From Octopus bimaculoides (Eukaryota): a stretch of DNA of 60,776 nucleotides. Location: contig NC_068982.1 of the NCBI RefSeq assembly GCF_001194135.2, positions 19,028,843 through 19,089,618 of the forward strand, written 5' to 3'. The position numbers and the translations under genes are program-made. The notes beneath the pieces were generated by a model. The model worked only from the letters and a program-made list of their open reading frames with translations. It was not told where the DNA came from and did not search any database. Shown here piece after piece: positions 24,830-37,322 of the stretch. Each line of letters opens with the position of its first letter. The first letter of the stretch is position 1.

Positions 24830-26084
24830 ATCCCACATATTTTCTAATTGGCAGTGAAAAAGTCATAATAACTAAAATGTTTTGCCATATTTGTTATGAA
24901 GTGTAACATGAGCGATTTCACTCCCAGAAGAAACCTGCCGCGAAATGAAAACAGTGTAAATTTAAATTGGATTGAATTAAGCTCCTAAAAAATTGAGCAT
25001 CAATAAAGATATCCACTCTGAAAATGAAATAAGTAAGCATTTACTTCACTTAAAGATGTTTAGCAATTTATTTGTACAGACCGATAAGACTGAACATTTT
25101 TCTAAACTTGATTGAAATGCTTATAGCACAAATAAGCAACATCAAAAATATATATAAGGGAGCGAAAGCAATAAAAGATAAGGAAAATACTTAGCAGCAC
25201 TGATAAAAAATACAAAACCACATAGAGCACATTAATCAACGTAAGATATACCTCATGCTGAGAAACCACAGAGATAATGTACAAGGGGAACCTAAAATGC
25301 AGATTTATCAAACGGATGTAAGGAAAATTCAGTATAGTTTCTGAAAATACACTTCACACTATAAATATAAATATTAGTCCTGTTGCGAAGCTAATAAAAT
25401 AAAACTGTAGTTGCTATATAACAGGTATTTTAAATACTTTAGAAAAATAAATTGAGATGTAGTTTCTCCCATTGTGTTTTTGTGAAATTCTATACCTCCA
25501 TATCTGGAAAACATTTTTCATAAATGTAAAATTCTTTAAAATGTATACAGAAAAGTACACTAGTAGAGCGATAGTATAAGTAACAGGCTTCAAAATTATT
25601 ATTAGGTTCGATTTCCTTCGCTAACACACGAAGCAAATAAAAGATACACGATATATATATATATATGTTTCACAATGTATGTATGTATATATGATATATA
25701 TACATAGATATATATACATTATTTACAGTACCTATCTCTCTCTCTCTCTCTCTCTCTCTCTGCCACTATATATATACCGGAGTAAGTGCATAAATGTGAA
25801 ACAAGGTGGAAAAGAAGAGTACTCAAATACCATAGGTAGAGTAAAATTATTCAAACGCAGCAGAAATATAACAAAAGCTGTTACCCAGAGTTTCACGTTC
25901 CTGAACGGGAAAGTGAAACTCTGAGTAAAAGCTTTTCTTTTATTTCTGCGGCTTTTAAATAAAGTATATATANNNNNNNNNNNNNNNNNNNNNNNNNNNN
26001 NNNNNNNNNNNNNNNNNNNNNNNNNNNNNNNNNNNNNNNNNNNNNNNNNNNNNNNNNNNNNNNNNNNNNNNNNNNNNNNNNNNN

Positions 26085-26121
<37 letters not shown>

Positions 26122-26125
26122 ATAT

Positions 26126-26210
26126 GTACTCTTTACTCTTTTACTTGTTTCAGTCATTTGACTGCGGCCATGCTGGAGCACCGCCTTTAGTCGAGCAAAT
26201 CGACCCTAAC
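26126..26210 (-). mobile_element. SINE 3' end with (AAAGAGTA)n tail
   Basis: The - strand reads GGCGGTGCTCCAGCATGGCCGCAGTCAAATGACTGAAACAAGTAAAAGAGTAAAGAGTA. Confidence 0.88.
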
Positions 26211-26439
26211 ACTAGTAAACCACTCTGATAGACGATTCCCTTAAAATAAAGCATCGTTGCCAAAACGAAGTCCTTTAATCCTTTATGGAAATTCTCTTGG
26301 ACAAAATGTATAGAACTACACACTGGATTTGTAAAAGGATAAAAATGCAGTTTACCCAAGATAAATGTATGATTTCCTACTTTATTCCAATATACCGTCA
26401 TAGGATAAAAATTTAAAAAATAGTTAAAGATACTCCCTG

Positions 26440-26625
26440 AGTCATAGAGACCCATAGGACTGCCAGTCCGTCGCAGGAATACTCATTTTTGCCACCTGAG
26501 TTGACTAGCAACATGAAATAAAGTGCTTTGCTCAAGGATACAACACGTCACCCGTAGGAGAAATCGGAACAACATTCTTACGGTCATGAGTACAACATGC
26601 TAAACACTAAGCCACGCACCTCCAC
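26440..26625 (-). mobile_element. tRNA-derived SINE, 5' part
   Basis: The - strand head is GTGGAGGTGCGTGGCTTAGTGTTTAGC. Downstream is the reverse complement of AAATAAAGTGCTTTGCTCAAGGATACAACAC, matching the 2455 copy. Confidence 0.75.
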
Positions 26626-27608
26626 AGGCATCATATCATCACATTTCCATGCACAAGTTGCCAATATTTTCGTGCAAAACCACTTGAAAATATCTTTCAA
26701 TAAATGTATTATGAAACGTACTGAATTTGTGATCATCATTTCATAAAATATACTCGTAAAATAGAGTCTGCCTCTTTTGTTTGAATGCTCTTTATACACC
26801 GGGAAATACTTTAATTAGTACATAACTAAGTGAAAATCCGTATTTTCAGTTGTTGACTTGCAAATGCAAATGACTAAGTATATCATTCATATGACAACTT
26901 ATATTGCACTGATTTTTTTTTTATTCTATTATAGGCGTGTCAGAATTATAATTGAATCTTTCTACTATCAGCAAATCCTCTCTTAATCGAACTTAGACCA
27001 ATTAAAATATCAGGATCACGTTAGCCTGAATAATCTTTTCCAGCGTATGCCATGAGGTAGGATGATTTCCTTAGGAAAGGGTTTTGCTAATATTTTCTGA
27101 TTCTAATATCTAATCGGCTTCGAATCTCATCTCTCACATCAGTACAGCCTCCTCTAAATATGCGGTTCATAGTCCACTGTGTTTAAATTCTAAATTTGAT
27201 CAACAACGACATACTTCATTTACTATATTATAAATTGCAAGAATTGCACACTTACATAAGATGTTTTTATATATTTAGCAATGATTTCGTGAGGCTTATT
27301 GTTTGCAGAAATAAATTGTAAAAATGTACATATTACACGAAGTTCTATTTTTACATACTGGTTAGAAGTTTAAAATATCTCACCATATTCAGTATTTTTT
27401 TAATCTCGTTGCTACTCTGTAGAACTTCGTATCTAATTTCCTGACTCTATTTATAAATCTAGTAAAGTCATGATATATTACCTTGTTATAAGCTCTGTTT
27501 GTGTAGTACTATGTAAAATCGTGTATCAATATATTCGTCAATACTTTATGTTTTAACCAGCATGTACGTTATTTATTTGTCTGCATATTATTCTATTTCT
27601 ACATCCAG

Positions 27609-27663
27609 ACAAAATGACATGCTTCAGTAGTTTTTGTTGCAGGAGATCATTTTACATGCAGTG
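27609..27663 (+). other. Candidate small exon (55 nt, or 21 nt from 27643)
   Basis: Acceptors TATTCTATTTCTACATCCAG| and TTTTTGTTGCAG|; donor GTG|GTGAGT. The only open frame of the long form is KMTCFSSFCCRRSFYMQW. Confidence 0.3.
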
Positions 27664-27918
27664 GTGAGTTTTTTTTAATTTTTTACCTTAGCTTTTGGGT
27701 ACAGTAAAACTTTTATGCTACTGAGGAATGTTAGTCTTCCTTGTTTTCCTGCGTCTGTATGAGTGTAAATATTCGTGAATGGTGTTGTTTACCACACTTG
27801 TTAACTAAAAATATAACTGCGTGCGTGTGTTTATGAGATCTTCATTATTTACAATGAACACAATTTCTGAACTATTTCTGTACCTGTATGTCTATGCATA
27901 TGAGTAAATAACTGTGTG

Positions 27919-27957
<39 letters not shown>

Positions 27958-28929
27958 ACACTTACACACACATGCTCAAACACATACACACAAACACACA
28001 AACACACATATGCATACATGTTCTTTTATATTTTGTGTAGTGCAGTCGAATAATCTGCTATTTATGTCCATCATGTTATGTCATTGATACTAAAATGAAA
28101 AAAATTGAAGGAAATTGGTTTACCTCCATGGAATAACTTGCTGAATATGTTAAACATTTACAGACTGCTTTCATTGTTGTGATATTTTTTTCAGGTTCAA
28201 TATGTATTGGAATTAATTTAGATTTTCAATATGAAGGGTTTCAATGAAATCAGAACTTTTTGCAGCAGAGTGTATTGAATGAAATATATTTCAATACTCT
28301 ATCGAAAAGAAGCCAGTTGATTGTATTCTCTGCTTTATAGATAAAGGCAGACTTTAGATATGTATCGAAAAACATCTAGTTGATGGTATTCTCTGCTTTA
28401 TAACTGTGGTAATTTGTTAGCGTTTCTAGCTACTTTCTCGATTACTATACACGCTTTTATTCAACTTCAGTAATACATCAAAAGTACAACTAAAAACAAC
28501 TTTCGCTCAGTAAGAATCTGATGACTATAGTAAAAGCAATACTGATGAATAGCTTCAAAACCGAACGGCAGACGACGAGATAAGGTATAAGAAAAAGAGA
28601 AAGGCAGGAATTGAAGTTTTTGTGAAATAATTATGACAGCCAATCGATACCAAGGATAACTGAATGATTGTTTTAAAATGTTGAATCTTTACATATCTGC
28701 AAGTTGGCATTTGATGGAATTAATGAAGTGATACAAACCCGGATTTGATATACATTTACTTTACTAACTCTTATTGCATGGAGATTTAAATTCTCTCATC
28801 ATAAAAGAAGTGAGATTTGATATATCTATTCAGGAGTTTTTATCACTCAACGCTATAGTGTATCGATATATAGAGTTCTCTAACTGGTGTGTCACAACTA
28901 CATTGCAGTATCGTTACTCCATCCATAAC

Positions 28930-28967
<38 letters not shown>

Positions 28968-28977
28968 NNNNNNNNNN

Positions 28978-29020
<43 letters not shown>

Positions 29021-29141
29021 GGCAGTTCTTGATGTTTATGGTGGTTTTATTGAATGAAATTATTAAATTTAGTATTTAGCTCTATGTTTATGCTATTATA
29101 TAAGCGTTTTTTTAAACATAAGCCTGTCCTTAAATAACGTC

Positions 29142-29203
<62 letters not shown>

Positions 29204-30339
29204 TGCATTGTTTTACAATTTTACCTGATCTTGACCACAGGATTGTAGAAAATTACAGTTTTCCAGTAGTGTTTCGAGTCATTGCTTGTTTTTGAAGGCG
29301 CATGACCTACGTACCGCGCTGTGAACTTTGAACCCGAGGTTACGATATTTACGAAGCGAATTTCTTATGCAAACAGACATATGTATGAATATATTCCGAA
29401 AAAGTGTTTATATACAACTGTGGCTCTCGTTTCAGTATATGTGCATAGCTGTGTGTAACTGACATTTTTCTTCTTGCGTTATGTGATGTATTTCCAGATA
29501 AAAATACCAATTGGTTATTTTCGGTGTCTTATTTAGTGCACATTGTGATATTGTTATCTTCAATGGGAGTGTAGACGTAGATAAATTCAGCCTGCTAGCA
29601 AAACATTTTTTCTGCAGACAAACAATGTTAAGATAGGGACTGTTTTATCTTCCATCAAAACATTTATTGTGTGAAATATTAAACCTATACGCCGTAAAAG
29701 ACATTAAAGAGAGGTGGAAACGATTATCGGCATCTACATATTTGTATAATGGAGTTGGGGGTTTATTTACTTGAGAAAACATAAATAGTCGGAAACTATA
29801 CGCTATGTTTGTTTAACCACATGTATTTGCCTGAAAAATAGACAATATTCTAAGTATAATCTTGAATCACTATTCAGTATCTAAATTTTAAATATGTTGC
29901 AATGAATTTTATAACATAAGCCTCCAATTTAAAATTTGAAAAAACGAAACTTTTGTTCAATGGCGATTGCAGAAAGCGTTGTAATTTTGTAATGAATGCA
30001 CGAGAAAGACAATTCCTTTATAGTCTTGATAAATTTATCGTAGAATTCAGGCTCTGCAAAGGACTATTACGTCAACTGATAAGAATTTGTTTTGAAGTTG
30101 TTTGTTCAATTAGCATCTTACTTCCGTGATTTTATTCCAACACCAGGTTATTATTCATACATTACCACTTTCTACTTAACAAGAGGAAGCTTAAAAAAAT
30201 GTGGCTCATATTTAGAGCTTTGGGTAGTAAACAGAAATAAGCAAGGATTAACTGCCACTAATCCTCCAGATTATCAAATAAGCTAGCTAGGTATGTACAA
30301 AATAGCTCCCTTAATTCTCGCATTAGAAAGTAATAAAAG

Positions 30340-30530
30340 TAACCCTTTCTACAATAGGCACAACAACCTGGAATTCGAGGAGAGGAGCTAGTCGATTATT
30401 TCGACCCAGTTCTCAAATGCTCCTCATTTTATCAAACCTGAATGAATGAAAAGCAATGTCTACCTCAGCAGTATTCGAACTCCAGATAGTGCTAGAAAAA
30501 ATGCCGCTTTCCATACACGAACATCCCACC
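30340..30530 (-). mobile_element. Degenerate SINE
   Basis: CCTTTCTACAATAGGCACAA..CTGGAATT..GCTAGTCGATTATTTCGACCCAG..GAATGAAAAGCAATGTCTACCTCAGC..TTCGAACTC. Confidence 0.75.
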
Positions 30531-32244
30531 TTATACTCTACATTTCTTTTAAGGCAACAGTAACCTGGTAAGATGTCAGTACTATTCATAGTTTTATAGC
30601 AAATCAAGCCATCATGTGGTAGACGACATTATCCCAAGATGGTTCATGCAATGTTTCTGTCTCTCCTCCCTCACTCTCTTTTTCTCACTTGACACATATT
30701 TTTATCAGGAGTGTGAATAGTGATTCCATAAATATACGTCCTCATCATCTTCACCTTTTAAATGTTATATATTTCTTGCGAAAGGAATATATAACATCAG
30801 CTACAGTAGAACTTGTTTTATGACATGATTTATTTTCACGTCTCATTTCCCGAGAATATGCGCTGGTGCATTTGATATGTGATATTCGGTATTGAGTTAC
30901 CGAATCAAATAGTTATCTGGTTAACAAGCAGGTAATATACATATATACATACATGATGGATGTGTACTGGTTAGATGAGCATGACCACCGCTGACAGGTG
31001 GTGTAAGCAGTGCTTGTGCAAAGTTATTTAGACGACTGAGGCTTATAATAAAAGACCATTACGATTCTAACTAGCAGTATCAAAGAGCCCAAAGACAAGC
31101 AAAGGGCTAGATATCCGGCTCAATAGAACAGCAAGTTTTATGTACGAGTTAGCCCTAACACAGACCAGGGATCCCCATTCTCACTACGTTCACACGCACA
31201 CACACACACATGTATATATATATATATCAAAATAAGCAACACAGATTTTAAAGATGATTGTAGTACGCACGTTTCATGCTACTCCATTTATTTAAGTAAT
31301 GCAAGCATTACATTAAATGCAATATGTAGAGCAATCTTCAGCTGCACAAAAATGTAGAAAAATTACAGTAGAATAGACATATTATAATTGTGGCAACATT
31401 TAAAATCCAAGTGCGAAGAAGAATACATAAAAATTCATCTTGACATAGCCAAGGCTAGCAGGCTAGTAATTAGTTTTAGGTAGAATTCTAACTGTCTCTG
31501 ATTTTATTGTCTCTTATCTAGTGGTTATAGTATAAGGAGCAATCCTTTCTAAGGAAAGGGAAGGTGTAAGCATTATACATGTATATAGTTATAAAGGTTT
31601 CTCTGGTCAGAGTGGCAACACTATTTTAGGTTGGGTTTTTTACTGCTATCATAATGTTGAGAAATTTACTCTAATAGTATTACATATGATATGTGCTATA
31701 GGCCTCTCATTCAAGAAAAGAGATGCAAACCGGACTCTTGCGAAACAGGACTATATTTAATAAGCCGGGTAAGTGTGCGTTTCGTTCCTCTCAGTGCGTT
31801 ACAATAAGAAAGAGTGGAAATTTGTCCAATAAATAACATTCTGTTATTTTACGTCCTGACTGTACAGAATATGGCATTTCAATTTTACGATGTCGTTACA
31901 CTATGTAATAATTAAGTAATTGTTCCGGTTCAATCAACTGACCCTGACCACAGGGTTGTGGAATCGTATCTAAATTAGAAACGATTAGTATTAATTGTGT
32001 TATTTGATATTTAAACTATGCTATGTCGTCGGAAGAAATTAAACAGATTAAAGTCCGTTGCATATATATATATATATATATGCCATTGCATTAACAATAA
32101 CACCCGCTCATGTGCGTGTGCTATATTATTATTATTATTGTTGTTGTTATTATCAAAGTCATTATCATAAGCCTAATGACTCCTTTACGACAAAAGAATT
32201 TGTTTCAACGAACCAATATACATCGACCATTTTGCAAGCCAAAC

Positions 32245-32251
32245 ACAAAAA

Positions 32252-32294
<43 letters not shown>

Positions 32295-32402
32295 TATAGA
32301 TAGATAGATAGATATATAGATAAATACATAGATACATACATACATACACGCGTACATGCATGCATGCATACATACATACATACATACATACATACATACA
32401 TA
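32245..32402. repeat. Compound microsatellite (AT)n-(GATA)n-(CATA)n; similar tracts at about 570-750, 5040-5240, 28930-29020, 29140-29200, 34333-34445, 36590-36770 and 56710-56870
   Basis: Direct reading; these tracts generate most of the [12 protein letters not shown] ORFs. Confidence 0.95.
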
Positions 32403-34332
32403 CTCACCCAAACAAATATTTGCCGATATAATTAGAACGGGAATTAGTACGTTTTAATTACAATTTGAGGACAGGTGTTTGGACTGATATCACGAATAGC
32501 TTAACATAAGATATTGTTATTGTTAATTAAATGCAACCGACCAAATATTCTTCTTCACTTGTATGTTTACAAATTGCCATGTCCGGAAATGAGATATAGA
32601 ACTATGTTTGTCGTATAATAATATCCTCTTCAATTCGTTCCATAAATGAATAGAGATAAGCATTAATACGTAATTACTTCGTAATTAGATTCCCGACTAT
32701 TTCATGAATATATCGCATCACTGGAAGCGCATATATTGATTTATGCCGTGTTATGTCATTTACTTGTCCAACTAATGCACACTTCTAATTAATCCAATGT
32801 AAGGAGAAAAAAATACAGTCATAGGAATTAATCGTTAACTAATTTATAAGTAAAGTTGGCCAATAATTATGGTCTACAGATATAATCAGCTAGATAGTGA
32901 TATTATCATACAATCTCTCCGATCATACTGTTTCACTTGCCATGATGTCAGAATTAAGAATTGTATATGCGTAGTAGCTACTGACATACAAGTATTAATA
33001 CAATACTATTATAAAACATCCTGTAAAGTTCCCACCTATACTTGGTGCGCCATTAAAGGGCTCAGCAAAGACGCAATCATTGTGCACAAATTAAACATTA
33101 TGAACAAATGAAAAATGACTATCCAGGAATATGTACTGAATTTTTATATATGGTACACCTAAAGCAAATAAGCGTAAAACTTATTCTAAATACACCATTG
33201 ATTAAGACCAGATGACTTCGAAATCACCCATTCTACTCCGGTAGTAGAAAAAAGGAAGCATTGACACAGTGTCGTTACTAGATATTTCATAATCAAAGAA
33301 AACAAAGTGACGTCATTATCTTTAAATTTTCTTAGAAACAGGCGAATGTTAACAAGAGGAATATCAGTTGTAAATAAAAAAATGGCCGACAGTGGCATTG
33401 GATCTGCTAGAACATGTGATTTCTGCGAGTCTGCACTTTTTCAGCAGCAAGTACCTAGTATCACCTCACATATCCAAACTTGAACCTTGTTGATACCTGC
33501 AATTGGTGTGGTTGAAATTACATCAGTTGCAAGTATCATGGATATTTTTTATCAACACGATAAAACGTAGTAGCATGGTGTCCTCACGGGATATCCACGT
33601 AAGCTACGTTCAAAAGGTTGCTGTTTCTTGTGCTAATAAACTACATATATGTATATGTGTGGAGTGGGTGATGTATGTTTGTGTGTCGGTGGGTGTTTGT
33701 GTCTCTATGTGATTGTGTACATGAGTATGTGTACGTGTATCCATATATATATACACACACCCCTCTGTCCTGGCCTCTACTTCACTGCTTCTGTCCCTTC
33801 CTCCTTGTTCCACTTCCTCCCTCCACCATCCTCTCTGCTCTCGTGTGACCTGTGGTCAACTTTCTTTTCACTCCAGCCGCTGTGAAGGCAAGACGAACTA
33901 CTAGCGTTCTACCTCAGATTTGCGTTTGGCCGTACGGCTTTTGAATGTTGTTTTCACTGTCCATTTTTTCCTGTCTTGGTTTGTGTTTGCCACCTTGGAA
34001 TCCTCTGTGTAGTGGGTTGATCCACTACTCAGGAAGAGACTATTCTAGAGTACGTTCTGTCTTGTCTTCGAAACGTCTAGTTGGAACAGAGACAGCTGAT
34101 GAAGGGATATTCCAAGNNNNNNNNNNNNNNNNNNNNNNNNNNNNNNNNNNNNNNNNNNNNNNNNNNNNNNNNNNNNNNNNNNNNNNNNNNNNNNNNNNNN
34201 NNNNNNNNNNNNNNNNNNNNNNNNNNNNNNNNNNNNNNNNNNNNNNNNNNNNNNNNNNNNNNNNNNNNNNNNNNNNNNNNNNNNNNNNNNNNNNNNNNNN
34301 NNNNNNNNNNNNNNNNNNNNNNNNNNNNNNNN

Positions 34333-34374
<42 letters not shown>

Positions 34375-35299
34375 CGTGTGTGCGTGTGTGTGTGTGCGTG
34401 TATGTGTGAGAGAGAGAGAGAGAGAGAAAGAGAGAGTGAGAGAGAAAGAGGAGTATCCAAATCAAATAAAATACTAGAACCAAAGTACGGAGCACGGTTG
34501 TTGAAAAATTAGAATAAAACAAATTTTAGGGAACCAAACAAAAGAACTATAACGTTTCTCGTACTTACTGACAAGTCGAATCTAAAAATAATCAAAGGCA
34601 ACAAATGGTGTTTCTCCATGAGTTGAAATGATTTCATAACAACATAAACTCAACCACAACGCTTAACTACATTCCAAATCTGTTTCCGTAAGGTCTGCGT
34701 CACCTTCGATATTTTGCATGTTTAGGACTAACATATTGCCGTCTATATCTAAGAATATTGACCGTGTCTAAGACCCAGGATTATGCGTAACCACACTTCC
34801 ACTCTACCTGCCATAACACGTCGAGTCAGAAATGCGTAGATCTTAGAATGATCAATAATGGACACTGTAGATTATATATATCTGTAACCCTGATCTCACA
34901 GATGGCTATTATACCCGTAAACCTCGTGCATTGATGTTACAGCCTATTCTTATGAAAGAAGAAAGAAACAGAAAACAAGTCTAACCACATTAATTATTTG
35001 CTGTATCAATAAGTTGTATCAAAACCCTTTCTTTATAGGGCGTCTGGGAATAAAACTGAAATAGCCTGACGGAGACCGTGACACTGGAATCCCAAACAGT
35101 ATGGGAAATACTCTCCCGTTCTCCCCCTCTCCCTCCCTGTTTCATTTATTACCCTCTAGCTCTCTATATGAACCATTACAAATTTTAAGTCTTCCCCAAC
35201 CGCAGCAAAATGGCCGAAAGAATGCTACTCAGACATGAAAAAAACATATGTTATTTTGTGCCCGTATGTATGCGTTTATGAATGTATGGGTGAGAATAG

Positions 35300-35950
35300 G
35301 TTGATGTGTGGTGGCTGCCAATGTTTGTTTTGGTACAAATGTTATTATTCCTGCTACTGTTTTAGCTGATTCTGTTGTTACTGTTGTTGTTGCAACAATA
35401 GTGTCGGCAGCAGCGGGTTTCTCATTTCCATCTTACTGCTTTGCTCGAGTAGGCAAGATGCTCTAAAGTGCTCAGTTGTTTCACACACGAAGCATCTCGG
35501 TCGACTGTCATCCGTATCTCACACGAGGTTCCACCGTATTCGGAAGGAAGATAAATTCTGGAACCCATTTCATATACTCGGGCTCTACATAGTAGACCAT
35601 AGCCACTTTTCCCGCCTTGTTCTCTTCATATCCACAGTTGCGTCCTTCGCCAAACCCAACAATATACATGTCAATATCCACCAGAGGTTTATCTCCTGTC
35701 TGAATATTCCTAATGTTACTTTTACCGATCTTCTCCCCGAATAAAGGTGTAATAGAACAGTATCCTAGCTTTTGCAGGTTATCAATGAATGTTGTACTGC
35801 GAAAGACTCAGACACGCACATGTCTTCCACCTTGTTGTGATATATGTTTTCCGTTCTGCCATTTATCACGAATGGCTTTTTTAAACTTGTAAGGGAATGG
35901 TCGGCTCTAGGCAACACTATGGGAAACTGTCTTTTCAGTAGTTGCAACTA
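35300..35950 (-). pseudogene. Gag/ORF1-like relic of a retroelement with a CCHC zinc knuckle
   Basis: The - strand has a stop-free stretch of about 100 codons (VFRSTTFIDNLQKLGYCSITPLFGEK..VEPRVRYG). After a frameshift it reads SRPRCFVCETTEHFRASC, a C-X2-C-X4-H-X4-C motif at 35453-35494. GC is higher than in the flanks. Confidence 0.6.
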
Positions 35951-36736
35951 CAATTTCAGATAGAGAGGCAATCCTTACCCTTCTCCCTCAATTTTTTTCT
36001 AAATTAAACTGCGTCTTTTAATTTCGCAAGCTTATCTGTTATAACCAAATTATAAACTATCTTGGGCGTCAAATCTAGCGAACGCAGCATTGCCCTAGCT
36101 GTTACTTTTACTGTTGCTGGTGTTATTCTCTTCTACTCTCTTTGTATTATTTCTTTCCCTGCTGCTCACGTGGTTGTAATTGTTGTTTCTTCGTTTCGTG
36201 TTCTTGGTGCTGTTAACATTTCTGCTCAGGTTGGCCTGAGCAGAAATGTTAACACATGGTGTTTCTCACTTGTTGAATGTGAAAACATGAGAATACCTTT
36301 GTATTTCAATAAGCCTGTACAGGTCTGCAATCCAATTATTCATTGATGTTTTTAAAAGATTTGAGGTGTGTTCTTGTTTGAGATATATTAAATGCATCTG
36401 CTTGGTATAAATCAATGAAGAGATTAGTAAACATGTGTGTAAATAGAATATAATCTAAGCAACGTTTATTTGTTAATTTTATCCATATAAATAGGGAACA
36501 ATTTCACTCAAGTAAAAGTCGATAGCATTTCGAATAAAGCTCACATGCACAAGCGCACACAACCGCGCAACACATATACAGAAACATGCATGCAAACATA
36601 ATCACATACATACACACATATACATAGATACATATATACATACATACGCAAATACATACATACACACATACATACATACATACATACATACATACATTCA
36701 TAAACATACATACATACGTACATACATAGACATACA

Positions 36737-36767
<31 letters not shown>

Positions 36768-37322
36768 GTGTTTGTATACGTGCAACATTTATGTATGTGT
36801 AATTTCACCGGATGTCGTTGCCTGCCAAACTGCAAGAGTTCATATTATACAAAATGACTGCCAAATTAGAAAGTTTTCTATTTCTGCCAAAATATTATTC
36901 CTATAGTTGCGTTTATGTTTGAATATATTTATCTCCACCTACGTAACAGCCTAAGAAACAATCAAACAATGAAAGATATAGTCACGCAGCTAAAATGAGA
37001 ATCAACTCATACATACACATACGCACCCACACATATATCATTGAAGCGATTTACTTTGAAGCATCGTATAAACGGTCGAATGTATGCACCAATGCTAAAG
37101 TCATTTCGCCTATTTTTGTCTGAAAGATATGGAATTTTCGATGTGGCTCGAGCACGTGAATCGCATGCTTTCTAATAAATAACCTGTACTGATTATAAAA
37201 TTACATCATGTACGTGTACTTTAAGATAAGGAAACGAACTCTTTTCTTTAGAGTCTATAATGTATTTTTTACAGTGATTATCTTGAGGCTTGCTATACAG
37301 ATTTATCGGGGAAGCATCATAA

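Noticed and set aside
28300-28401. Imperfect direct duplication with 63-bp period
   Set aside because: Only two copies and no unique-spacer array; an ordinary local duplication, not CRISPR-like.
34066-34116. GAAACGTC followed by CTGATGAAGG (both hammerhead core strands)
   Set aside because: The order would require a type II fold, but stems I and II do not pair convincingly and the sequence runs into a gap. It may be a decayed Penelope-like end but cannot be called.
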